From Nitrospirae bacterium RIFCSPHIGHO2_01_FULL_66_17 (GTDB taxonomy: Bacteria; Nitrospirota; Nitrospiria; 2-01-FULL-66-17): a DNA stretch of 34,902 nucleotides. Position 1 is the first letter of the stretch. Every line of letters begins with the position of its first letter. Under the pieces are notes generated by a model. It did no database searches and was not told the DNA's origin. It worked only from the letters and a program-made list of their open reading frames with translations. Both the position numbers and the translations under genes were made by a program. Shown here piece by piece: positions 16,178-24,223 of this stretch. The stretch lies in the NCBI GenBank assembly GCA_001803875.1, contig MHEO01000032.1, positions 1-34,902 on the forward strand. The letters run 5' to 3'.

Positions 16178-17331
16178 CGCGAAAGGCCCAATCGGTGGAA
16201 GAGGGAGCGCAGCGGCGTCCGGTCGGGGTCGGCGAACCGGCTAACGCCCACCCGCGTGCCGAACCACTTGTTGCCCTCGTCGTCCACGCCGATCGAGTAG
16301 ACGAAGTTGTCGATCAGGCCGTCGCGCGTCGTGTAGGTGCGCCAGCGGGTTCCGTCGAACCAACTGACGCCGCCATCGGTGCCAGCCCACAGAACCCCGT
16401 GGTGATCGACCGCCTGGGAGAAGACGAAGTTGCCTCCGAGCCCGTCGGCTTTGGAGTAGGTCGTCCACGAAGAGCCGTCGAATCGGGAAATCCCGCCGCC
16501 CCAGGTGCCGAACCACTTGTGGTCGCGCCGATCGACCGCGGCCGAGATCACGTAATTGGGGTTGCTCGCGGTGGCCTGTTTCGACGGGTCGATGTGGTGG
16601 GGATTGCCGAACGTGTAGTCCGGGTTCTTGACGACTTGTTCGGTCTCAAGACCGAGGCCGTCGGCGTGGGTGTAGCTCTTCCACGTCGAGCCGTCGAAGC
16701 GCGTGACCCCGCCTTCGGTGCCGAACCACATCACGTTTGCGCGATCGATGGCGATCGCGTACACCCACTTGTCGACCAGGCCCTCGTCCACGGAGTAGGT
16801 CGTAAATCCACGGCCGTCGAACAGGCTCACGCCCTTCCACGTCGCGACCCACATCCGGCCGCGGCGGTCGAAGGCGACGTCGTAGACCCAGAGGTCCCCG
16901 AGGCCCCGGCCGGGCGCGTACGCTGTCCAGGTATTCCGATAATCGGCGGGGGAACCCCATCCGTACGGGGAATACGTCGTCCAGCGGGAGCCGTCGAACT
17001 TGGCCAGGCCGCCCCCGTAGGTGCCGACCCATTTGTCGCCGTCGCGGTCGACCTCGATTGTGTAGACGCCGGTGCTGAGGAGCTGACCGCCGGTGTTCGC
17101 CGGCGTGTAGAGATCGAAGTCCCGCTCGGTGCGGAGGTCGTGGCGCATCACACCGCCGAAGAGCCCGAGCCACACGTCATGGCCCTCGAACGCGATGCTC
17201 ATCACGCGGGCGCGGGTGTTGATGGTCTGCCAGCGGGAGGAGGGGGGCTCGTCGGCGGCGAGCAGACGCAGCGTTGGAACCAGGGCCAGAGCGGCCACCA
17301 TGAGGACGAGCCACGGACGCGGAACGGTCAT
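16174..17331 (-). CDS. Secreted standalone beta-propeller of the two-component-regulator propeller (Reg_prop) type
   Basis: Signal peptide LVLMVAALALVPTLRLLAA|DEP. At least 7 repeats of W(F/V)GTxGG(V/I)(S/T)xFDG..W..Y. 4-nt overlap with the downstream FGE-like gene. No kinase or Y_Y_Y domain attached. Confidence 0.75.
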   Translation of the reverse strand: MTVPRPWLVLMVAALALVPTLRLLAADEPPSSRWQTINTRARVMSIAFEGHDVWLGLFGGVMRHDLRTERDFDLYTPANTGGQLLSTGVYTIEVDRDGDKWVGTYGGGLAKFDGSRWTTYSPYGWGSPADYRNTWTAYAPGRGLGDLWVYDVAFDRRGRMWVATWKGVSLFDGRGFTTYSVDEGLVDKWVYAIAIDRANVMWFGTEGGVTRFDGSTWKSYTHADGLGLETEQVVKNPDYTFGNPHHIDPSKQATASNPNYVISAAVDRRDHKWFGTWGGGISRFDGSSWTTYSKADGLGGNFVFSQAVDHHGVLWAGTDGGVSWFDGTRWRTYTTRDGLIDNFVYSIGVDDEGNKWFGTRVGVSRFADPDRTPLRSLFHRLGLSR

Positions 17332-17394
17332 CGAACGGTCCTGAAAAACGCCTCACTTTAGCAGAAACCCGACGAATGCCTCAAGGCAATCGCC

Positions 17395-17590
17395 CTCGGA
17401 GTGTATTCGAGTGGTGGGGTGGTAGAGCCTGTTCAGGAATGCGCCAGATGCAAGGCGGAGCGAGGAATCCACCCGGAGCGTACTGGGAGGCTCCTGGAGG
17501 TACGAGGCATTCCCGGGGGATTGCGGTCGTACGTGAGGAGGGATTCCGAAGCGACAACGCCGCAGATGGCCATTCATGGACAGGCTCTAG
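17395..17590 (-). repeat. Palindromic MITE/REP-like element, copy B (longest copy, internal expansion)
   Basis: Carries the same GGAGCCTGTYC-type termini and core (…GAATGGCCATCTGCGGCGTTGTCGCTTCGGAATCCCTCCTCACGTACG… on the reverse complement), with about 30 extra internal nt. Lies in the divergent promoter region between the propeller and porin genes. Confidence 0.75.
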
Positions 17591-17623
17591 CGTGGAGGGA
17601 AAAGTCTGCTATTCTTGGCGCGC

Positions 17624-18799
17624 ATGAGACGCGATCATCAGGGCGGATGGCGCGTGAGCGTGACGGGTTTCACCGCAGGATTTGCGTTCGCCTTTCTTCT
17701 CACCCCCGTGTACGGCGAAAGCCCACCCCCACACGACGCGGAAGGTCTCCGGCAGACGATTCGCAGTCTCCAGGACCGCATCGAGCGTCTGGAAGCCGTT
17801 CAATCGCTGCGCGACGTCGAACAGGAACACGAGGAGCTTCGGCCCCGGTTCGGCCTCAACCTCGGGGTGTTCGGGGACCTCAATGCCTCGAGCACGCCCC
17901 GAGGGCAACAGCGGCCCGCGTTCGGACTGGGCGAGGTCGGTCTGTACAGCACCGCCCGATCGGGCGACCGGTTGACGTTCCTGTTCGAGGCTGCGATCGA
18001 GGTGGACGAGGACCCCACTGAGTTCGACCTCGAACGGTATTGGGTGGGCTATGCGTTCAGCGATCGGCTCGTCGTCCGGGCGGGGCGCGTCCATACCGCG
18101 ATCGGGCATTGGAACCGCACCTACCACCACGCCCGGTACTTCTTCCCCACCATCGACCGCCCATTCGTCCTGGCCTACGACTGGGTGCTCCCGACGCACC
18201 TCGTCGGCGTCGAATTCGCCGGGACCCTGAGGCGCGGTCCGACCAGCCTCCAGTACGAACTGGAAATCGGGAACGGTCCGGAGATCGACACCGTGAATCG
18301 GGCGTTGAAGGTGACCGGCGACGTGCAGGATCGCGCGCGATCCAAGCAGGCGGCGCTCCGAATCGTCGGCCGCCACGCCGCCCTGCCCGGCCTGACCGTC
18401 GGCCTCTCGGGAACGACCTACGCGTTCGACGTCCCGTCGCTTCGGGAATCGGTTATCGGGATGGAGGTCGCGCGGTCGGGGGCGCGCGTCGAGTGGATCG
18501 CGGAGGGCTGGCGTCTTGCCAACCCCTCGGCCGTCGCCTGGGCGGGGTATCTGCAAGGGGCCTGGAAACTCCGGGAGGCGACGGCGCCCTTTGCGCGGTT
18601 CGAATGGTTGGAGACGGACGCCGCCGATCCCTACCTGGGCGCGCTGAACGCGGCGGTCGACCGTCACCAACTGATCGCGGGGGTTCGCCACGACGTGGAC
18701 CCGTTGCACAGCGTGGTGAAGGCCCAGTACCGACGGGATTCGCGGGCCGACGACCATATCCGCCACATGGCCGAACTCCAATGGGCATTCGGCTTCTAG
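17624..18799 (+). CDS. Outer-membrane beta-barrel porin (OmpL-like/bbp2 or phosphate-porin-like) with N-terminal coiled coil
   Basis: Signal-like N-terminus FTAGFAFAFLLTPVYG. Coiled coil LRQTIRSLQDRIERLEAVQ. Alternating beta-strand pattern. C-terminal aromatic barrel signature ...AELQWAFGF. Start could be ATG 17624 or TTG 17615. Confidence 0.7.
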   Translation: MRRDHQGGWRVSVTGFTAGFAFAFLLTPVYGESPPPHDAEGLRQTIRSLQDRIERLEAVQSLRDVEQEHEELRPRFGLNLGVFGDLNASSTPRGQQRPAFGLGEVGLYSTARSGDRLTFLFEAAIEVDEDPTEFDLERYWVGYAFSDRLVVRAGRVHTAIGHWNRTYHHARYFFPTIDRPFVLAYDWVLPTHLVGVEFAGTLRRGPTSLQYELEIGNGPEIDTVNRALKVTGDVQDRARSKQAALRIVGRHAALPGLTVGLSGTTYAFDVPSLRESVIGMEVARSGARVEWIAEGWRLANPSAVAWAGYLQGAWKLREATAPFARFEWLETDAADPYLGALNAAVDRHQLIAGVRHDVDPLHSVVKAQYRRDSRADDHIRHMAELQWAFGF

Positions 18800-19290
18800 C
18801 GTTTGCAGTCGTCCGGCGAGTTGATGGCCGCCGAACCGGGGCCGCAGGGTGGCCGGCGGTGGTCGTGCTGTGCCTGCTGGCGGCGCTGGCGGGCGCGGGG
18901 GGCGCGTCCGCGGTGCGGGCCGAAGACCTCGCGGTGATCGTCAACGCCGGCGGTTCCCTGACCTCGCTCACGCTGCCGGATGTCCGCGCGCTGTATCTCG
19001 GCGAGCGACAGTTCGTCGGCCCCGAGCCGGTCGTGGTGCTCCACCTGCCGGAGGGCGACGTGAAGGCGGCGTTTCTGTCCCGTGCTGTCGGTCGGACGCT
19101 CAAGGAGTACAAGCTCCATTGGCTGCAGCGCGTCTTCCAGGAGGGCGCCACCCTGCCCACGGTGGTGGCGGGACCCGAAGCGATGGTCGGCGTGGTGGCG
19201 ACCCGCCGCAACAGCGTGGGATACGTCCCGGCCTCGCTGGTCCGGGATACGCCGGACGTGAAGATCCTCTTCGTGGTGCCCTCGCCGTGA
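18781..19290 (+). CDS. Small periplasmic PstS/PBP-like-2 type substrate-binding domain protein
   Basis: ATG 18781 overlaps the porin stop. Signal peptide ...LCLLAALAGAGGASAVRA|ED. DLAVIVNAGGSLTSLTLPDVRALYLGE...VGYVPASLV resembles the phosphate-binding-protein-like fold. The track start at 18040 is read-through inside the porin gene. Confidence 0.6.
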   Translation: MGIRLLAFAVVRRVDGRRTGAAGWPAVVVLCLLAALAGAGGASAVRAEDLAVIVNAGGSLTSLTLPDVRALYLGERQFVGPEPVVVLHLPEGDVKAAFLSRAVGRTLKEYKLHWLQRVFQEGATLPTVVAGPEAMVGVVATRRNSVGYVPASLVRDTPDVKILFVVPSP

Positions 19291-21077
19291 TCCTGAGCCT
19301 CCGCACCAAGCTCACCGTGGTGTTTCTGGGCGCGGCGATGGTCGCGATAGTCGTCGTCGCCGGCATGATGTTCGTGGTCCGAGATCTGGCGGCGAGCGTC
19401 CACGACATGGAGCGGCTGGCGGCGAGGATCAGCCTGACCGACCGACTTCAGCTCGAATTGAGCCGCCTGCTCGTGCCCCTCAACGACTACCTTCTGACCG
19501 AGGACGTCACGCACCGCGACGCGTTCGACCGGTCGATCACCGACGTCTCCCGGCGGTTGAACGAACTGCAGCATCTCGATGGGGGGATCGAGTGGACCAC
19601 GGTCGCGCGCGAGATCAACGATCGGGTGATCCGGTTGGGGACCATGTCGGTCGACGTGCTCTTCGTCGACCGGCCGGTCGGCAATCCCGACGTGATCCGG
19701 TTGATGCAGGACGTCAATCGTCTGTCCGACGACATCATCGGCCGAGCGTCGCGGCTGCATCGGCTCGCGGCCGACGACATGGCGGGGCGGGAGAAGATCG
19801 CCGCCGCCAACTCGGCCCATGTCGATCGCCTGCTCATCGGCGTGGTGCTCACGGCGCCGCTCTCGTTGATCGCGTTCTACCTCCTCCTCACCCGGTGGGT
19901 GACGAAGCCCCTGCTGACCCTGCATCGGGGCGTGCTCGACTTGAAAGCCGGTCGATCGGCGCGGATCGTGGTTCAGGTTCCGGACGAGATCGGTGAAGTC
20001 GGGCAGGCCTTCAACGATCTGGCCGACCACCTCAGCGCATCGCAGGAGCAGGTGCAGCAGAACACGCGGCAACTCGAAGCGCTCTACACGGCCAGCCGCG
20101 CGCTGAGCAAGGAGAGCTCGCGCGAGGTGCTCTATCAGACGTTGACCGACCTGGCGCGTTCGTTGACGGAGTCCCGCTACGCCGTGCTCGCGCTCTTCAA
20201 CGACGAGGAACGGGTCATCCAGGTGGTCGAGTCCGGCGTCGCGCCGTTCGCCGCCGGGTTGTCGGATGCGGGGATCCGCGAGATGATCGCCAGGCTGCCC
20301 CGGAGCCGCCGTCCGCTTTGTATCGGCGAGGAGGGTGACGACTCGCGGTTGAGAAGTCTGCCGTGCTCCCCCCCGCTGCGCACGCTGCTGGCGGTGCCGC
20401 TGTTTGCGGAAACCGCGTTGCGCGGCGAACTCTACGCGATGCAGAAGATCCATGGTACATATACGACGGCCGATCAGGACCTCGTCGCCACGATTGCCCA
20501 CGACGCCTCGCAATCGCTCAAGGTCATCCGACTGCATGAGGAGGCCGAGCGGCTGGCGACGATCGACGGCTTGACCGGTTTCGCCAACCGCTGGGCGTTC
20601 GAGGACCGCCTGGCGGAGGAATTCATGAAGGCCGGCCGCCACGCGAGACCGTTCGCGCTCATTTTCAGCGATCTGGATCGCTTGAAGGAAATCAACGACC
20701 GCTGCGGCCACGCGACCGGCGACGCGGCGATTCGTCGGTTCTGCGACGCCATCCGCGCGAGCATTCGGACGACGGATATCGTCGGGCGGTATGGCGGCGA
20801 TGAACTCCTCGTGCTCATGCCCGAAGCGGTGCTGGACGACGCCCTGATCGTGGCGGAACGCATCCTCCGGCGCCTGGCGGGCGTGCCCTTCACGGCCGAG
20901 GGCCAGACGATGACCCTGACCGCGAGTCTCGGCGTGGCGGCCTATCCCGAGCACGCCCGGGATAAGGAGGGGCTGTTGCGGGCGGCCGACTACGCCCTCT
21001 ACCAGGCGAAGACCCTGGGACGGTCCCGGGTCCACACGTTTCAGGCGTCCGCCGGAGCGAAGAGTCCCCGGGGCTGA
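19287..21077 (+). CDS. Membrane sensor diguanylate cyclase (2 TM, helical periplasmic region, HAMP, GAF, GGDEF)
   Basis: GTG 19287 overlaps the upstream stop (GTGA). TM1 LTVVFLGAAMVAIVVVAGMMFVV. HAMP (WVTKPLLTLHRGVLDLKAG...EIGEVGQAFNDLADHL). GAF (LLAVPLFAETALRGELYAMQK). GGDEF domain DGLTGFANRWAF...RYGGDELLVLMPE, in which the signature reads GGDEL. The track start at 18849 is read-through. Confidence 0.85.
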   Translation: MILSLRTKLTVVFLGAAMVAIVVVAGMMFVVRDLAASVHDMERLAARISLTDRLQLELSRLLVPLNDYLLTEDVTHRDAFDRSITDVSRRLNELQHLDGGIEWTTVAREINDRVIRLGTMSVDVLFVDRPVGNPDVIRLMQDVNRLSDDIIGRASRLHRLAADDMAGREKIAAANSAHVDRLLIGVVLTAPLSLIAFYLLLTRWVTKPLLTLHRGVLDLKAGRSARIVVQVPDEIGEVGQAFNDLADHLSASQEQVQQNTRQLEALYTASRALSKESSREVLYQTLTDLARSLTESRYAVLALFNDEERVIQVVESGVAPFAAGLSDAGIREMIARLPRSRRPLCIGEEGDDSRLRSLPCSPPLRTLLAVPLFAETALRGELYAMQKIHGTYTTADQDLVATIAHDASQSLKVIRLHEEAERLATIDGLTGFANRWAFEDRLAEEFMKAGRHARPFALIFSDLDRLKEINDRCGHATGDAAIRRFCDAIRASIRTTDIVGRYGGDELLVLMPEAVLDDALIVAERILRRLAGVPFTAEGQTMTLTASLGVAAYPEHARDKEGLLRAADYALYQAKTLGRSRVHTFQASAGAKSPRG

Positions 21078-21128
21078 CGCCCCCTGTCCCAGTTGCCGCC
21101 GACCGCCGGTTGACACACCACGACGCCT

Positions 21129-21743
21129 TTGGCTAGAATCCCCGCCGTGCATCGGTTTCCCCTCAGTCCAAAGCCGTGGTGGTGTCTCGGCCTCGCCCTT
21201 CTCGTCGGCGCCGTCGTCGCGTGTGAAAAAAAAGACAAGCCGCCGGTGTCCGATGCGCCGCCCCCCGCCGCGTCATCGGGAGCGCCGGCCGATCCGAAGA
21301 TGGCGAAGGTCATCGAGGAGATCATCGCTTACAAGGCGAGGGTCGACAAGGATCCGAACGACGTCGAGGCGCTCGCCGCGATGGGCAACGCGAACATGTC
21401 GTTGGGACGCTTCGATCACGCCAAGGACTGGTACGAGCGCGCGCTCAAGATCGATCCGAACCGCACCGCCACCCGGATGGACCTCGCCGTGGCGTTGCGC
21501 TACCTCGGCAAGCCGGACGAGGCGATCGCCGAGCTCAAGCGCGTGCTGGCCAAGGAGCCCAAGAACGCCGGGGCGCTGTACAACCTCGGGGTGGTTCTGC
21601 TGGAGGACAAGCAAGACGCCAAGGGAGCGATCGCGCGGTGGGAGACGCTGATGAAGGCGCACCCCGATCATCCCCAGACGGCCCAGCTCCGGCAAATGGT
21701 CGAGCAGATCAAGCATCCGACCCCGTCCCCGCCCGGCGGGTGA
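21129..21743 (+). CDS. TPR-repeat lipoprotein (paralog of 13700..14383)
   Basis: Lipobox LLVGAVVAC. TPR repeats ALAAMGNANMSLGRFDHAKDWYERALKIDPN..., collinear with the other TPR lipoprotein. Start uncertain (TTG 21129 or downstream GTG). Confidence 0.75.
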   Translation: MARIPAVHRFPLSPKPWWCLGLALLVGAVVACEKKDKPPVSDAPPPAASSGAPADPKMAKVIEEIIAYKARVDKDPNDVEALAAMGNANMSLGRFDHAKDWYERALKIDPNRTATRMDLAVALRYLGKPDEAIAELKRVLAKEPKNAGALYNLGVVLLEDKQDAKGAIARWETLMKAHPDHPQTAQLRQMVEQIKHPTPSPPGG

Positions 21744-21784
21744 TCGACCGGCTGTCCCCGTGGCCAGCCGCCATCCCGCGGCGC

Positions 21785-21868
21785 GCCGGCGTGGCGGAAT
21801 AGGCAGACGCAAGGGACTTAAAATCCCTCGGGGGCAACCCCATCCCGGTTCGACCCCGGGCGCCGGCA
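21785..21868 (+). tRNA. tRNA-Leu (anticodon UAA)
   Basis: Manual cloverleaf. Acceptor GCCGGCG/CGCCGGC plus discriminator A. Anticodon arm AGGGA-CTTAAAA-TCCCT (anticodon TAA). Long variable arm GGGG-CAA-CCCC (class II). T arm CCCGG-TTCGACC-CCGGG. CCA is not fully encoded. Confidence 0.85.
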
Positions 21869-21964
21869 CCCGCAAGAACGCGTCGCCCGACGACGTCCTC
21901 ACGGTCGACCTCCACGTCCGTTCCCCCTCGCGCGGCGCGGATGTCCCTTCGTTCTCGTTTCTCG

Positions 21965-21992
21965 GGAACTTTTTCCAGCCGTATGCGTCTAA
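21965..21992 (+). promoter_or_regulatory. RpoE/AlgU-type ECF promoter GGAACTT-N16-TCTAA
   Basis: Exact match to the ECF sigma-E class consensus layout, 30-40 nt upstream of the ECF sigma gene. Consistent with autoregulation. Confidence 0.65.
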
Positions 21993-22033
21993 GCGGGTGA
22001 GTCCAACGCAGGGGTGCCCCGGTGATCGTGACG

Positions 22034-22657
22034 ATGGACCGCGAGTGGTTTGAGGGCCGGGTGATCGGCCTGCTGGACGAACTGCTGGGGGCGGCGTTGC
22101 GGTTGGCGAAGAACCGGCATGACGCGGAGGATCTGGTGGCCGAGACGGTGACCAAGGCATGGGCGAACCGGCGGTCCCTAAAAGATGCGGAGCGGTTCCG
22201 GCCCTGGATTTTTCGGATCCTGACCAATGCGTTCCTGAGCGAGTGCCGCAAGCGGGCGGCCCGCCCGACGGCCGACGTGGCGGTGGACGACGCCGGGGAG
22301 ACCGACGCGTCGTTCTCGCTGTTTGAGGAACTTCATCAACCGTTCCTGCTGTGGTGGAGCAACCCGGAGAAGGAGTTTCTCAACAAGCTCCTCCGCGAGG
22401 ACCTCGAACGGGCCGTGGACGCCCTTCCGGAAACGTTTCGGACCGTGGTCGTGCTCGCGGAGCTGGAGGGCCTGGCCTACGGAGAGATTGCCGGGATCCT
22501 TGGCGTGCCGGTCGGCACGGTCCGCTCGCGGTTGGCCCGGGCGCGCGGGCAGCTTCAAAAGGCGCTCTGGGTCCACGCTCAGGAGGCCGGGTTGACCAGG
22601 CCGGCGCGCAAACCCGTTGAGGTATCCCATGAAGCCAGTGAAGACGATCGGGTGTGA
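22034..22657 (+). CDS. ECF (group 4) RNA polymerase sigma factor
   Basis: Region 2 (DAEDLVAETVTKAWANRRSLKDAERFRPWIFRILTNAFLSECRK) and region 4 HTH (LPETFRTVVVLAELEGLAYGEIAGILGVPVGTVRSRLARARGQL). Start at ATG 22034 or GTG 22022. Confidence 0.9.
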   Translation: MDREWFEGRVIGLLDELLGAALRLAKNRHDAEDLVAETVTKAWANRRSLKDAERFRPWIFRILTNAFLSECRKRAARPTADVAVDDAGETDASFSLFEELHQPFLLWWSNPEKEFLNKLLREDLERAVDALPETFRTVVVLAELEGLAYGEIAGILGVPVGTVRSRLARARGQLQKALWVHAQEAGLTRPARKPVEVSHEASEDDRV

Positions 22658-22868
22658 CGAGGCGCTCAAGCACCTCCTGGAGTACCTCGACCAGGAGTTG
22701 GGAGCGGCCAAGCACCGCGAGGTCGAGCACCACATCGAGGTCTGCCGGAGTTGCTTCTCGCGCACCGAGTTCGAGCAGCGTCTCAAGAACAGGCTGCGGG
22801 ATGCCGGCCGGGAGTCCTCGGGCGAGTCGTTTGAGGAACGGATCAAGACACTCCTGCGTCGATTCTAA
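22629..22868 (+). CDS. Cytoplasmic zinc-binding anti-sigma factor (ZAS, RsrA-like)
   Basis: About 79 aa with no TM segment. HxxxCxxC motif (HHIEVCRSC) plus an upstream Cys (IGCDEAL). Overlaps the sigma gene 3' end by 29 nt. SD GAGG precedes ATG 22629. Confidence 0.8.
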   Translation: MKPVKTIGCDEALKHLLEYLDQELGAAKHREVEHHIEVCRSCFSRTEFEQRLKNRLRDAGRESSGESFEERIKTLLRRF

Positions 22869-22889
22869 CCGTTTAAAAAGGAGGGAGCC

Positions 22890-23333
22890 ATGCACAGCGC
22901 ATCGTGGTCGAAGGTGGTCGGTTTCGGCATCCTGCTGGCGGCGGTCGGGTGCGGCCGCTACGCGTCAAAACCCGAGCCGTCGCTGTATGATCGGCTGGGC
23001 GGTAAGCCGGCCATCACGGCCGTGGTCGGCGACTTTTTGCAGGCGGTGGGCAACGACGGCCGGGTCCGGCACCAACCCGCCGCGGAGCGGGTGCCGGCGC
23101 TCCGCGGGTTGCTCGTCGATCTCGTCTGTCAGGCCAGCGGCGGGCCGTGTGTCTACGGCGGCCGCGACATGAAGGCCGCCCACGCGGGGATGGGGATCAG
23201 CCAGGCCGAGTTCGAAGCGGTGGTGGATGACCTGGTGAAGACGCTGGATCAGTACAAGGTGCCGAAGCGCGAGAAGCAGGAGCTGCTCGCCCTGCTCGCG
23301 CCGATGCGCAACGACATCGTTGAGGTCCAATAA
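22890..23333 (+). CDS. glbN: Group I truncated hemoglobin (trHbN-like) with signal peptide and probable lipobox
   Basis: Strong SD AAGGAGGGAG. N-terminus MHSASWSKVVGFGILLAAVGC. Globin core SLYDRLGGKPAITAVVGDFLQAV...CVYGGRDMKAAHAGMGISQAEFEAVVDDLVKTL is typical of 2-on-2 globins. Confidence 0.8.
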   Translation: MHSASWSKVVGFGILLAAVGCGRYASKPEPSLYDRLGGKPAITAVVGDFLQAVGNDGRVRHQPAAERVPALRGLLVDLVCQASGGPCVYGGRDMKAAHAGMGISQAEFEAVVDDLVKTLDQYKVPKREKQELLALLAPMRNDIVEVQ

Positions 23334-23336
23334 CCT

Positions 23337-23388
23337 GTAGGGCGGCCCCCCGTGGCCGTCCCGGGCAGGCACAGGGGCCTGCCCCTAC
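23337..23388 (+). repeat. REP-like GC-rich compound hairpin (GTAGGG...CCCTAC) downstream of glbN; likely terminator or mRNA stabiliser
   Basis: Outer GTAGGG/CCCTAC arms enclose CGGCC-N6-GGCCG and GGGCAGGC-N6-GCCTGCCC stems. Same GTAGGGGC-type arm as the hairpin at 31563. Confidence 0.5.
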
Positions 23389-23407
23389 ACCGACGAAGGA
23401 GATCCCC

Positions 23408-24193
23408 ATGGTCGCCATCACCGATACCAAGAAGGACTCGATCTTCAAAGCCGTGTCGCAGATGTACACCGACGTGGCGAGCTGTCCGAGCCGGACGTTC
23501 CACTTCCCGACGGGGCGCGCGGCGTGCGAGTTCGTCGGCTACCCGGCCAAGCAGCTCGACGCCATCCCTCCCACCGCCTCGGAGTCGTTCGCGGGCGTGG
23601 GATATCCTTTCGCCGTGGGCGCGATCCATGCGGGTGACGCCGTGCTCGACATCGGCTCGGGATCCGGCACGGACGTGCTGATCGCGTCGCTGCTCGTCGG
23701 CCCCGGCGGCACGGTCTTCGGCCTGGACATGACGCCGGCGATGCTCGACAAGGCGCGGACCAACGCCGCCAAGATGAACGCCCAGAACGTGAGGCTGATC
23801 GAGGGCAACGCCGAGAAGATCCCGCTGCCCGACGCCTCGGTGGACGTGGTCACCAGCAACGGCGTGCTCAACCTCGTACCGGACAAGCCGCGCTGCTTTG
23901 CCGAGATCTTCCGCGTGCTCAAACCCGGCGGACGGATCCAGATTTCGGACATCGTCCTCGGCAAACCCATCAAGGAATCGTCGCGCGAAAACCCCCAGCT
24001 CTGGGCCGAGTGCATCGTGGGTGCGGTGTTGGAGGACGAATACCTCCGGATGTTCCGCGACGCCGGCTTCCGCGACGTCCAGGCGGTCTCGCACGTCGAC
24101 TACTTCTCGAAGAGCCCCGAGCCCGACACCCGCGAAGTCGCCGCGTCCTACGGGGCGCAGACCGTCGTGCTCAAGGGCGCGAAGCCGCGTTGA
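23408..24193 (+). CDS. SAM-dependent methyltransferase, arsenite methyltransferase (ArsM/AS3MT)-like
   Basis: SD GAAGGAG. N-terminal FHFPTGRAACEFVGYP. SAM motif I VLDIGSGSGTDV. Also FGLDMTPAMLDKAR and LKPGGRIQISDIV. Conserved Cys residues are present, but the arsenic specificity is inferred. Confidence 0.7.
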   Translation: MVAITDTKKDSIFKAVSQMYTDVASCPSRTFHFPTGRAACEFVGYPAKQLDAIPPTASESFAGVGYPFAVGAIHAGDAVLDIGSGSGTDVLIASLLVGPGGTVFGLDMTPAMLDKARTNAAKMNAQNVRLIEGNAEKIPLPDASVDVVTSNGVLNLVPDKPRCFAEIFRVLKPGGRIQISDIVLGKPIKESSRENPQLWAECIVGAVLEDEYLRMFRDAGFRDVQAVSHVDYFSKSPEPDTREVAASYGAQTVVLKGAKPR

Positions 24194-24223
24194 CGCGCCT
24201 CGGCCGCCACGATCTCTCCGCGC

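Noticed and set aside
21785-21868. tRNA-Leu as the attachment site of a genomic island
   Set aside because: There is no adjacent integrase and I found no direct repeat of the tRNA 3' end in the window. The flanking genes have the same composition as the rest of the window.
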